Sequence record: ON190024.1
Length of the DNA: 64,000 bases
Reading direction: 5' to 3' (one strand)
Under the pieces are notes generated by a model, which saw only the letters and a list, made by a program, of their open reading frames with translations, was not told where the DNA came from and did no database searches. This document shows, piece after piece, positions 46,394 to 55,287 of this stretch; the first letter of the stretch is position 1; each line of letters starts with the position of its first letter. A program made the position numbers and the translations under genes.

Positions 46394-46484
46394 TGTTAGT
46401 CCTCAGTGACTAGCAGACTTTTGGTGAAAATGTGACAGGTTGGAGTCTGAGTGAACCAACTTTTCGACCGCTAAATCTAGTCAC
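46394..46484 (-). ncRNA. Candidate structured cis-acting leader RNA (copy 2)
   Basis: GTGAC-T-AG/CT-GTCAC and GTTGG/CCAAC stems around TTTAGCGGTCGAAAA; covaries with copy 1. Confidence 0.6.
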
Positions 46485-46489
46485 GATAT

Positions 46490-46497
46490 TATTTATA
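46490..46497 (-). promoter_or_regulatory. T4-type late promoter
   Basis: TATAAATA on minus strand. Confidence 0.85.
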
Positions 46498-46509
46498 TGA
46501 GAGAAATTT

Positions 46510-48579
46510 ATGATTATTCACACTCCAGATAGTACAGTGCAAACATCTGGTAAGATGCGTACTGCGGGCTTCAACATGAAGGCGAGCGCCAAAGGGTTTA
46601 GGATCATTTCAACTACGCTGTACAAAGATCCAATTCTAGCTATTGTGCGTGAGCTTACGTGTAATGGCTGGGATGCGCACCAAATGAACAAGAATCTCGA
46701 CAAGAACATTGAAGTTCACTTGCCGAATCAGTTCGAGCCGTGGTTCTCAGTTAAAGACTTCGGTTGTGGCATGAGCGACGATGAAATCTTCGGCGTGTAC
46801 ACGACTGTGTTTGACTCGACCAAAGACGACTCGAACGACGTGATCGGTGCTATGGGTCTGGGTTCTAAGACGCCATTTAGCTACAACAACGGTCAGTCGT
46901 TTACTGTGAAGTCAACGAAGAACGGTTTGAAAGCTGTTTACTCTGCGTATCTTGATAAAGGTGAGCCAGCAATCACGTGTATGTCCGAGCCTGCGCCAAC
47001 TGATGAGCCAGACGGTGTTGAAGTAATCGTGCCCGTGCGCAAAGAAGACTTCAATCGCTTCAAAGAAGCTGCAAACAGTGTAATGCCGTACTTCAAATCA
47101 CCTGCTGTTGAGACGAATATCACGCTTTCTGAGCGTAAATTCACTCACATGCAAGGTTATTTCACTGAGAACAAGAAGAATTCTTGGCGTTCTGGTGATG
47201 TTTACGCAGTGATGGGCAATGTCTGCTACCCGCTGAGTGAAAGTCATATCAAAGACATTCATCTTGTGCGTAGCTACTTCAAAAACTCTGATTTGTACAT
47301 TGAGTTCCCTATTGGTGAGCTAGATGTCAGCGCGTCACGTGAAGAGCTTCACTATGATGACTACACGATTGAAAACATCAACAAGCGTGTGAATGCAATT
47401 AATGGTAAGTTCCTTGAAGAGGCGCAGAAGTGGGTTGACGATCAAAACTTCAAGCACATCGGTGATGCGTATCGCGCATGTGATAATCGCTTTAACGATG
47501 CTATCTTGAATAAGATGAAGTTCAACGACCAACTTGTTAAGTCGTATTCAAATGACATGCTGAAAGATTTCGCCATTCTCGGTAAAGTAGTTCAGTTGCG
47601 CCCTGAATACAGCAACAAAGAAGGTGTTCAGCGTCGCACTAACTTCGCTCGTCCATATGATCTCGTGAACCCGCGTAACGAGTACGAGAAAAAGCCGATT
47701 CATATCATTGTTGATGACATGAAATCTGGTGGCGTTGCTATCGCGAAAGAATACGTACGCGAAGAAGGTCAAGTGGTGTTCTATCACCACGATGATAAGC
47801 CGTCTACAACTGCTGCACTTGCATTCTTCAAAGATCGTCTGCGTGATTGTGAATACAAGGTGCTGAAGACATCTGTTCTGAAAGCGAATTACACGCCTCA
47901 GAAGAAGACAGTCAAGAAAAAGCCAGTCTCACCGACTATTCGCTTGTATGAAATGCGAATCAACGAAGACGGCGTTCGTACAGTTCAAGCGTCTGACGTG
48001 AAGCGCGAAGTGCTGAAGAACGACGAACTGTATTACGTGAGTTTGTTCCGTGATTACATCGAGAAAACTCCAGAGTGTGGTCATGGTCTAGATTACCATC
48101 GTTCTCTTGGAATGATCGAAGAGATTATGCGTATCAAAGGTATTGATGTTGTGTACATTGCACGTCGTCCAGAGTACGTACACATCAAAGACAACAAAAA
48201 TGCTGTGAATATCTTCGATATTAAGTTTAACAAGCGTGAGTTGCGTAGTAAAATTGACTGGAAATCTTACACAGTTGATAGTAATCTGTACGGCTATCGC
48301 AGTTCGCTAGAGAACACGTGGGCTAATACTGCTGTTCGTGACCATTTCGGTTACTCACAGTCTCGTAATACGTGCTGTCAGACGATTGATCGTCTATGTG
48401 ATAACTTCCCTGCTGTTCGTGAAATTCGCAAAGCAGAGCAAGAAAAGCACTTGGAAAAGTTACAAACTATCCAAACTGCTCCGAAATACAAGTTGCTGTT
48501 TGATTTGGTAAGTTCAAACACCAACACTGAATCAACGCAAAAACTAATTAAACTCTTGAGAGGAAAACGCAATGGTTAA
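46510..48579 (+). CDS. rIIA: rIIA protein
   Basis: GHKL-type N-terminus (LYKDPILAIVRELTCNGWDAH, DFGCGM, GLGSKTPFSY), VMGNVCYP. Confidence 0.9.
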   Translation: MIIHTPDSTVQTSGKMRTAGFNMKASAKGFRIISTTLYKDPILAIVRELTCNGWDAHQMNKNLDKNIEVHLPNQFEPWFSVKDFGCGMSDDEIFGVYTTVFDSTKDDSNDVIGAMGLGSKTPFSYNNGQSFTVKSTKNGLKAVYSAYLDKGEPAITCMSEPAPTDEPDGVEVIVPVRKEDFNRFKEAANSVMPYFKSPAVETNITLSERKFTHMQGYFTENKKNSWRSGDVYAVMGNVCYPLSESHIKDIHLVRSYFKNSDLYIEFPIGELDVSASREELHYDDYTIENINKRVNAINGKFLEEAQKWVDDQNFKHIGDAYRACDNRFNDAILNKMKFNDQLVKSYSNDMLKDFAILGKVVQLRPEYSNKEGVQRRTNFARPYDLVNPRNEYEKKPIHIIVDDMKSGGVAIAKEYVREEGQVVFYHHDDKPSTTAALAFFKDRLRDCEYKVLKTSVLKANYTPQKKTVKKKPVSPTIRLYEMRINEDGVRTVQASDVKREVLKNDELYYVSLFRDYIEKTPECGHGLDYHRSLGMIEEIMRIKGIDVVYIARRPEYVHIKDNKNAVNIFDIKFNKRELRSKIDWKSYTVDSNLYGYRSSLENTWANTAVRDHFGYSQSRNTCCQTIDRLCDNFPAVREIRKAEQEKHLEKLQTIQTAPKYKLLFDLVSSNTNTESTQKLIKLLRGKRNG

Positions 48580-49609
48580 TTTGCCAATCGAAACAAAACA
48601 GTCAATCGTTAAAGCATCTGCAAACGGCATGACACAGAAAGACAACGCGGCGAAGCATGGGACTTCGCCAACCACCCTGCGCCGTGTGCTTGCTGAACAC
48701 CGTGAAGGCAAATTCAGCTTAAACACTGCGAAGCAAGTAGTTAAGCGCCCATCTAAAGTGAAATCACGTTCGACTGACTTCAAAGCGAATCTAGACGAGT
48801 TGCTAGACGCTACTGGTACTAAAGAAGAGGCAAAGACGAAAGCACCTGAGTCTGAAAAGACTCTTGATCAGAAGCTAGACGAAGCGATTGAAGATTTCGC
48901 TTACGTGATTACGCCAGTTAACGTGTCATTCACGTTCAAAGGTCAGGCATTTTCTGCTGACATCACAGCTCCGAACTACAGCAAAATTGTTGCTGCATTG
49001 CTGGACAACGATGGTGAGCTTGCAGTTTCATTGCTTGATGTTGCGAAAGGCATCGAAGAATTCATGCTTGGTAATGTAGTTGTTAAGGGTGGCGTGGTTA
49101 AGTACAAAGATCTTGACATCGACGGTGGTATGACTGGTCGTATCCTTGAAGCAATGGAAGCAGGTGACAAGTCCCAAGTGACTAAGCTTGTTAAGTTCTT
49201 CGAAAATCTCATTGAGAACCCGTCACGTCGCGCTGTTGAAGAGCTTTACGGCTTCTTGGAAGCTGCTGACATCGAACTTACCGATGACGGTCACTTCCTA
49301 GCGTACAAAAAGATTCGCGACAACTACAAAGACATTCACAGTAACACTATGTGCAACAAGCCAGGCACTCGTGTGTGGATGCTACGTCACCAAGTGAACG
49401 ACGACAAAGATCAAACGTGTTCGGCTGGTCTTCATGTATGTTCGAAAGGCTACTTGCCACACTTTGGTGGTGCAGCGGGTAATCGTGTCGTGCTTTGTAA
49501 AGTGAACCCACGTGATGTTGTGTCGGTACCCTCCGATTACAACAATACAAAATTAAGATGTAGCGAGTATCTAGTCTTGAAAGAACTAGACCGCAATACT
49601 CTAAAATGA
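48572..49609 (+). CDS. rIIB: rIIB protein
   Basis: N-terminal HTH, ENPSRRAV.ELY.FL, DQTCSAGLHVC, KVNPRDVVSVP.DYNN.K.RC. Confidence 0.92.
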   Translation: MVNLPIETKQSIVKASANGMTQKDNAAKHGTSPTTLRRVLAEHREGKFSLNTAKQVVKRPSKVKSRSTDFKANLDELLDATGTKEEAKTKAPESEKTLDQKLDEAIEDFAYVITPVNVSFTFKGQAFSADITAPNYSKIVAALLDNDGELAVSLLDVAKGIEEFMLGNVVVKGGVVKYKDLDIDGGMTGRILEAMEAGDKSQVTKLVKFFENLIENPSRRAVEELYGFLEAADIELTDDGHFLAYKKIRDNYKDIHSNTMCNKPGTRVWMLRHQVNDDKDQTCSAGLHVCSKGYLPHFGGAAGNRVVLCKVNPRDVVSVPSDYNNTKLRCSEYLVLKELDRNTLK

Positions 49610-49761
49610 TTAGTCAAGAACTTATTCGAGTCATTATGTTCATGCGCGAGAACAATAGTAATCGCGCTGGCTATTATAATGATGAGACTGGTGAGATTCA
49701 TGTGGTAACCCGTCGAGAAGACGGGTTCTACATTGGAAGGACTAAGATATGTGAACTATGA
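49606..49761 (+). CDS. Small protein (51 aa), paralog of 45640-45786
   Basis: ATGA-coupled to rIIB; FMREN...ETG.IH...EDGFY...KICEL. Confidence 0.65.
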   Translation: MISQELIRVIMFMRENNSNRAGYYNDETGEIHVVTRREDGFYIGRTKICEL

Positions 49762-50451
49762 TTTATGTTTGCAGTTGTCAAAATGCCAGCGTTTCGATGC
49801 TGGCAATGTTGTTTCTTTGCAACAATGCGGGCACGTTACTTTTATGTTGTTTGGGTTATTTCTCTTCATTCGTTCTCGTTTTTGTTCGCGCTCTTCGTCG
49901 GACATGTTTTCTGCACGTTTTCTACTTGCTTCAGAAATCTTTCGACGTGCTTCCTCACTGTGCGACTTGCCATACATGCCGTGATTCTCGCCTGAGTTGG
50001 CTTGAGATAACTTAGATTTCGTTTCATCTGACATCGCGCCTCTTTTCTTACCACGCTTTGCATCTGCCATCTTTCTGCGAGATTCTAATGATGCCTTCTT
50101 CCCTTTGTTGTGTGGTGTTGTTCCTTTCTTAGCCTCTGACATCTTTCTCTTTGATTCATCTGTGTGCTTATACCCGTTTATTCTCCCTATGCCCCCGGGT
50201 ACTAGATTGTAATTGCTTTCTGATAGTACATACTCTTCAGTTACAATTTTTGATTCAAGTTCGTACATTTCTTCTTCTGTACCCGACGCAATAACTTCCA
50301 TATCTTCAAATGTGATACCATACTTGCGTATTGCTTGACCGATTGCGTAATCTTTACGAGCGTGTTCGTTGAATCGACGCTTCAAGTCGATAGTTACTCC
50401 GATGTACTCTTTACCGTTAACCGGATTTGTTATTTTGTAGAGATAAGCCAT
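49756..50451 (-). CDS. GIY-YIG homing endonuclease (Seg-like) with NUMOD3 repeats and C-terminal zinc finger
   Basis: YLYKITN..NGKEYIGVT..LKRRF.EH, YNL; CPHC...RWHFDNCK; TATAAATA at 50483-50490 minus. Confidence 0.9.
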   Translation of the reverse strand: MAYLYKITNPVNGKEYIGVTIDLKRRFNEHARKDYAIGQAIRKYGITFEDMEVIASGTEEEMYELESKIVTEEYVLSESNYNLVPGGIGRINGYKHTDESKRKMSEAKKGTTPHNKGKKASLESRRKMADAKRGKKRGAMSDETKSKLSQANSGENHGMYGKSHSEEARRKISEASRKRAENMSDEEREQKRERMKRNNPNNIKVTCPHCCKETTLPASKRWHFDNCKHKS

Positions 50452-50534
50452 GTTATGTCCTCTTTCAATTCTTTATACCATGTATTTATAATAAGACGAC
50501 GTGTGTTTGCATACTTATAAACCAAAATAATTGT

Positions 50535-50573
50535 AAAAAAAGGTTGACTACGGTCAGCCCTTTCTTGTATTAT
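50535..50573 (+). promoter_or_regulatory. Hairpin with embedded early promoter
   Basis: GGTTGAC-TACG-GTCAGCC-CTTT; TTGACT-18-TATTAT; ATCGAAACGA leader. Confidence 0.7.
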
Positions 50574-50615
50574 TCTCATATCGAAACGAAACACACACAA
50601 CAAAGAGAGAACACT

Positions 50616-50873
50616 ATGTCTGCACAATCAATTATCGCTGCACTAGAAGCAACTTACGACATCGACTACGCATGTACAACAACTGATGGCGAAGTTCATA
50701 CAATCACTGAGTATCGTGACATCATCGGCTGTCTTGTAGTGTCGCCACGACGTGGTAGTATCGGTGTTGGTTATGTTCATGACGATGCAGAAGACGACGT
50801 ACAGCCATATGACATCACTTGGTTCTCGTCTGACGATCTACACTCAATCGAAGTTCACATTGACTGCTTATAA
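50616..50873 (+). CDS. Hypothetical early protein
   Basis: GAGAG SD. Confidence 0.7.
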   Translation: MSAQSIIAALEATYDIDYACTTTDGEVHTITEYRDIIGCLVVSPRRGSIGVGYVHDDAEDDVQPYDITWFSSDDLHSIEVHIDCL

Positions 50874-50885
50874 GAGGAAAACATT

Positions 50886-51212
50886 ATGAAAACTATGAAC
50901 GCAACTGACCTACGCACTATTCAAACTCTAGTAGAACAAAAAGATGTAGCAATCGTTGTTAAAGAACAGTATCGAAATGCACTTGCATTCGCATACGGCT
51001 GCATGACTGGCGTTCAGCGTCAAGTATACCGAGACTACCACATGAGTGTGCTGGTTGAGAGATTTGACCTTGAATTCTGTGAAGCAAACGAAGTTGTCTT
51101 ACCTTATGGTGAGTTGAAGTCTGCAATCAAATTCATCAAAGATAGCTTGAGCGCGTCTGACTATGACGAACTGAAAGCACTATTTCAATTCAACATTAAA
51201 CTGCCAGAGTAA
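50886..51212 (+). CDS. Hypothetical protein
   Basis: GAGG SD. Confidence 0.7.
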   Translation: MKTMNATDLRTIQTLVEQKDVAIVVKEQYRNALAFAYGCMTGVQRQVYRDYHMSVLVERFDLEFCEANEVVLPYGELKSAIKFIKDSLSASDYDELKALFQFNIKLPE

Positions 51213-51217
51213 GAAGC

Positions 51218-51904
51218 ATGAAAAGACTGAAGAAACACATCAAAAAGTATGACGAACACGGCGTAGTTCAGTATAATATGCTGATGATATTCGCTTTGAT
51301 TGTCACAATATCAATGTCAATCGCACTTGTTGCGTCAAATATTCTGTTTGCATTTGAGCTTTCAGCTAGTGACGCTAACATCAAAACACCTGGCGATGCG
51401 TTCTGGACGGTTTGGATGGCTATGAGCACAATTGGATTTGGTGATCATTATCCCGTAACGACTGGTGGTAGATTTGTTATTGGTTCTATGTTTGTCGTTG
51501 GTGCGTCGCTGATTGGTCTTAACATCGGTATCGCGAATGCGTGGATTACATCTAAGTTCGACAAAAGCATACAGAATCGTGTGTTGAAGAGTCAAAACGA
51601 TGCTCTATTGCAGAAATTAGATCGTCTTGAGACACATCTAGGAATCGGTCAAGAGGTGTTGTTTTCGAAAGATGCTCATGGTATAGATACAATGATTGAC
51701 CAGTATTTTGACAGCAACGACAAAGCAGAGAGATTTGTCACACTCGGTCAAGATGATAGCGGTCGATATGTCGTGGCAATAAATCAGCAAATCATCGAAA
51801 CACAAAAGACATCATTGAAATGGCACACGTTCATTAAAGAAGATGATGCGACGAAATTCTACAAAGACACAAGTGAACTATTCCACACGGAGCTATTCAT
51901 ATGA
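51218..51904 (+). CDS. Two-TM potassium channel (KcsA-like pore domain)
   Basis: TM1, pore helix DAFWTVW, filter TIGFGD, YP.T..GR, TM2. Confidence 0.85.
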   Translation: MKRLKKHIKKYDEHGVVQYNMLMIFALIVTISMSIALVASNILFAFELSASDANIKTPGDAFWTVWMAMSTIGFGDHYPVTTGGRFVIGSMFVVGASLIGLNIGIANAWITSKFDKSIQNRVLKSQNDALLQKLDRLETHLGIGQEVLFSKDAHGIDTMIDQYFDSNDKAERFVTLGQDDSGRYVVAINQQIIETQKTSLKWHTFIKEDDATKFYKDTSELFHTELFI

Positions 51905-52410
51905 TTCGTAATATCTTATTTGCTGCTCTTGCAGCTATGACACTCGCAGCATGTGATAACAATTCTGCGACATTAGACACAAATGCTTACTATGCTGAAC
52001 AAGAACAGCTATCAGTTGAAGCACCGACGACTGAAATGTTTGATACACAGCCATCTGTTGTTCAACCTGTACAACAACTTGTACAACAACCTGTACAACA
52101 ACCGGTGATTATTCAGCAAGACGACGGGTTTGATCTAGGTGACGCAGCGATTGGTTTTGTTGCTGCTGAATTGATAGATGAAGTTGGTGATGCTTTCGAA
52201 TCGAAGCATAAGAAGACTTACGTCGCGCCAGTGAAACAGCCTGTAATTAAGAAAGTTACACCGTATCAATCGCCTAAAAAGCCTGTAGTAGTTAAGCCAA
52301 CTGTAGTCAAACCGACCAAAGTTGAGACGAAGCCTGAGAAAAAAGAGAGTTTTATCAAAAAAGCAGTCAAAAAGGTTAAAAAAGTTAAGCGTAGTAAACG
52401 CAGAAAATAA
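51901..52410 (+). CDS. Lipoprotein with QPVQQ repeats and basic tail
   Basis: Lipobox LAAC; ATGA-coupled to channel. Confidence 0.7.
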   Translation: MIRNILFAALAAMTLAACDNNSATLDTNAYYAEQEQLSVEAPTTEMFDTQPSVVQPVQQLVQQPVQQPVIIQQDDGFDLGDAAIGFVAAELIDEVGDAFESKHKKTYVAPVKQPVIKKVTPYQSPKKPVVVKPTVVKPTKVETKPEKKESFIKKAVKKVKKVKRSKRRK

Positions 52411-52435
52411 AAAAGGGAGCGATTGCTCCCTTTTT
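52411..52435. terminator. Bidirectional intrinsic terminator
   Basis: AAAA-GGGAGC-GATT-GCTCCC-TTTTT. Confidence 0.85.
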
Positions 52436-52436
52436 G

Positions 52437-52979
52437 CTATTTGTTTTTCGATAAAACATCGAGAATTCTAGCTAATTCAGATTCGATGTGCTCAAGCTCC
52501 ATTAGATATTCATCTGATTGCTTGATGTCACTACGTAGAAGACCTTTTGAAGTCGCAATATCAACGTCGCTATCTAGACTACCGCGCAATTTGCGTACCA
52601 AGAACAACGCACGATTCAAATCACGAGTGAATACGTTCACTGTCTTGTCAGTGATCTTTTCTTCTGGCATACTCTGATATTTGTTCAATTTTCTCATGGT
52701 TTTCTTCAGTTCTTTGAAGTCTTTACGCGCTTGACCGCCAGCGAATAACACGCCACCAATCAAACCATTAAGTCCCATTGAGATACCAGCCCATGCCGCT
52801 AATGGCAATGCGATAGAAAGCCCTGCTGTACCCGGTGCTGCTGCAATTGAAGCACTTGCCATACCTACAAAGCCACCCACTGCTGCGCCGATTGCAGCAC
52901 TATTCTTAGCCCATTGACCGATAGTTGCTTCTTTCAACTCATCTGAATTCTTGAATTCATCAAATGTCTTTAGTTCCAT
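52437..52979 (-). CDS. Glycine-zipper membrane protein, candidate internal head protein
   Basis: MELKTFDEF..LKEA N-terminus; long Gly/Ala hydrophobic region then charged helix; GGTG SD. Confidence 0.65.
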   Translation of the reverse strand: MELKTFDEFKNSDELKEATIGQWAKNSAAIGAAVGGFVGMASASIAAAPGTAGLSIALPLAAWAGISMGLNGLIGGVLFAGGQARKDFKELKKTMRKLNKYQSMPEEKITDKTVNVFTRDLNRALFLVRKLRGSLDSDVDIATSKGLLRSDIKQSDEYLMELEHIESELARILDVLSKNK

Positions 52980-53004
52980 TCTGTTCACCTTGATTCATGC
53001 TCAT

Positions 53005-53077
53005 AAAAAACGAGGGAGCGACTATAAGTGGAACCAATACTCGCAGTGACCAATGCGATACATAGTCACTACCCTCG
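53005..53077 (-). ncRNA. Candidate three-way-junction RNA or attenuator
   Basis: CGAGGG/CCCTCG, AGTGAC/GTCACT, GCGA/TCGC stems then U6 on minus strand. Confidence 0.45.
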
Positions 53078-53239
53078 AAACTGAGAAAAATGTTTATATG
53101 TTATATTTAGTGTTAGCTAGACACTCGTATAGCAATTATCTCTAATAAAAGTAGAAAAAAATGTTGACTAAAGTGTAAAATATCCTTATCATAGTGCATA
53201 TTCTAATGAAACGTACAAAAATACAACAAAGAGGTTAAC

Positions 53240-53656
53240 ATGACTCCAAAATCAATCATTCGTGCAGCAAATACTCGCGTGTCAGAGCTTCAAATCTTCA
53301 ATGGCGAGAACAGTACAGTCGTAGTTGGTGCACCGGGCAGTGGCAAAAACGCTATGCTGATGGGAATGCTCATGCAACGTGGTGTTGCTGACTGTACAAT
53401 GATCGTTACAGAAATGCGTGCCGGTGACATGGCAGAGAAGCTAGGTGCTGGCTCGCTTGTCGTCAATGGCGGGGTTGAACTTGAATCTCTTGTTGGCGCA
53501 GTTGCATTTGCATGTACACAACCACGTACTGACATCTTCATCGAACATGTGTCACCGATTCTCGGTCACAACATCGTTGAGATTCTAGAGTCAATCGCTA
53601 AGCCATTCAACAAGCGAATCTACGTCGGTATGCAAGCTTCGCGTGGTGGTCTATGA
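53240..53656 (+). CDS. Small P-loop protein
   Basis: VVVGAPGSGKN; behind TTGACT-17-TATCAT. Confidence 0.65.
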   Translation: MTPKSIIRAANTRVSELQIFNGENSTVVVGAPGSGKNAMLMGMLMQRGVADCTMIVTEMRAGDMAEKLGAGSLVVNGGVELESLVGAVAFACTQPRTDIFIEHVSPILGHNIVEILESIAKPFNKRIYVGMQASRGGL

Positions 53657-53928
53657 ACTTCTTTCAAATAAGCATGAATCTAGCGACTGATTCATCAATT
53701 AATCCAGACGAAGCATGGGCTGATAAGCAATTGATTATTGCTTCTAGTCACGAAATGGCTCGAAAACTTGCCGACGCACGCGAGAAAGGTCGTCATGGTT
53801 GGCATGACCCTAATGTGTGTTCTATCGACTATCTCTATGAGTTGCGCGATAAAGCACTTGAAGACAATGATCATGTCAGTGTGATGAACTACACTGCAAT
53901 GATCGCTATGCGGGAGAGTGTACAATGA
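53653..53928 (+). CDS. Hypothetical protein
   Basis: AREKGRHGW motif; ATGA overlaps. Confidence 0.65.
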   Translation: MNFFQISMNLATDSSINPDEAWADKQLIIASSHEMARKLADAREKGRHGWHDPNVCSIDYLYELRDKALEDNDHVSVMNYTAMIAMRESVQ

Positions 53929-54965
53929 ACGTACTATTCACGAGTCTATTCGGCTCGAAACTATATGGCACAGACACGCCAGAGTCAGACACTGACTATA
54001 AAGCAGTCTATCTACCCGAGTTGCGCACGCTACTTCGTGGTGTTGCAATAAAGAACTCAGTGCATTCCACTGGCAAATCGTTCGAGAAGAACGGCGCAGA
54101 CGATGAAGACTTCGAATACATCCCTGTTCAAGTGTTCATGCGTGACTTTCTCGGCGGTCAGTCATATGCAATCGAGTTAGCATTCAATGCACTACAGAAC
54201 CCTGATGACTGTAAGCCAGAGTTCTACAACATGTGTAAAGAAATGACTCGCAAGTACTTGACATCAAACGTCAAAGCAATGACTGGCTATGCGCTTAACC
54301 AAGCACAGAAGTACGGCATCAAAGGTACTCGACTGAACAGCCTTATGCAATTTGCACGCGCTGTAGAGACGCACAACGTCGATCCTAAAGCGAAGTTGGG
54401 TTCAAGTCCTGAGTTGTGTAAGCAACTATGGGAACTGTGTGCAGAAGACGCTCACGTGCGTTTTCAGTGGTATCATGGGCCCAAGACTAAAGACGCAAGC
54501 GACTTGAAAGACCCTGCGTTCAGTGTGCTTGAGAAAGTATTCGGTCTTGAGATCACGTTTGAAGAAGCTGCCGGTCGTCTTGAGAAGATGATGAGCAAAT
54601 ACGGCGCTCGTGCATATCAAGCGCGTGCTGCAAGCGGCTCAGACTGGAAAGCAATCTCTCATGCTATGCGCGTGATCGATCAAGCAATCGACATACTGAC
54701 AGTTGGTAAGCTTGAGTTTCCGTTGAAGCACGCTGCGTTCTATCGTGACGTGAAACAAGGTAAATACAAGTGGGAATACGTGTCTGAAGTGCTGCAAGAG
54801 CGCCTTGAATTGCTCGAAAAAGCAAAAGATACAACGTCACTTCCACATCACACGCCTGATTTGGTTGCGAGATTTTACACCTGGTACGATGATTACCTTG
54901 ATGAGTTTTATTTCCCTTGTGAAATGACTGATGAAGAAGTCAAACAAATGCTAGGCGCGTACTAG
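53925..54965 (+). CDS. Pol-beta-fold nucleotidyltransferase (T4 nrdC.11-like)
   Basis: FGSKLYGTDTPESDTDYKAVY, WKAISHAMR. Confidence 0.75.
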   Translation: MNVLFTSLFGSKLYGTDTPESDTDYKAVYLPELRTLLRGVAIKNSVHSTGKSFEKNGADDEDFEYIPVQVFMRDFLGGQSYAIELAFNALQNPDDCKPEFYNMCKEMTRKYLTSNVKAMTGYALNQAQKYGIKGTRLNSLMQFARAVETHNVDPKAKLGSSPELCKQLWELCAEDAHVRFQWYHGPKTKDASDLKDPAFSVLEKVFGLEITFEEAAGRLEKMMSKYGARAYQARAASGSDWKAISHAMRVIDQAIDILTVGKLEFPLKHAAFYRDVKQGKYKWEYVSEVLQERLELLEKAKDTTSLPHHTPDLVARFYTWYDDYLDEFYFPCEMTDEEVKQMLGAY

Positions 54966-54966
54966 T

Positions 54967-54974
54967 TATAAATA
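54967..54974 (+). promoter_or_regulatory. T4-type late promoter
   Basis: Exact TATAAATA. Confidence 0.85.
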
Positions 54975-54999
54975 CGTTAAACAAACAAAGAGGTTTAAC

Positions 55000-55251
55000 A
55001 TGCAAGGTTTTAAAGATTATTTCAAGAAAGGTGAAGTCAAGCTGCAAGAAACTGAACAAGAGTTTCACGAGCGCGTTGTCAAGCATCGTAAAGTAGATGA
55101 CAAACGTTATCCAGACTTATCTAAGGCTGGGCTAGAGGGTCCATACACTGATCTTAATGGTAAAGTGTATTACTATGACCCACGTGAAGGCATGTACTAC
55201 GATCCCGACACTGACATTTACATTACTGCAAAAGATTTACGTTTACCGTAA
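55000..55251 (+). CDS. Small late protein, candidate internal head protein
   Basis: Late promoter, GAGG SD, MQGFKDYF..KLQE, YYYDPREGMYYDPDTD; own terminator. Confidence 0.7.
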   Translation: MQGFKDYFKKGEVKLQETEQEFHERVVKHRKVDDKRYPDLSKAGLEGPYTDLNGKVYYYDPREGMYYDPDTDIYITAKDLRLP

Positions 55252-55287
55252 CACAACGAACACAAAGCGCCTACGGGCGCTTTTTTT

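Noticed and set aside
53005-53077. tRNA gene
   Set aside because: Only three stems, no anticodon arm or acceptor CCA; no canonical tRNA recognised in the window.
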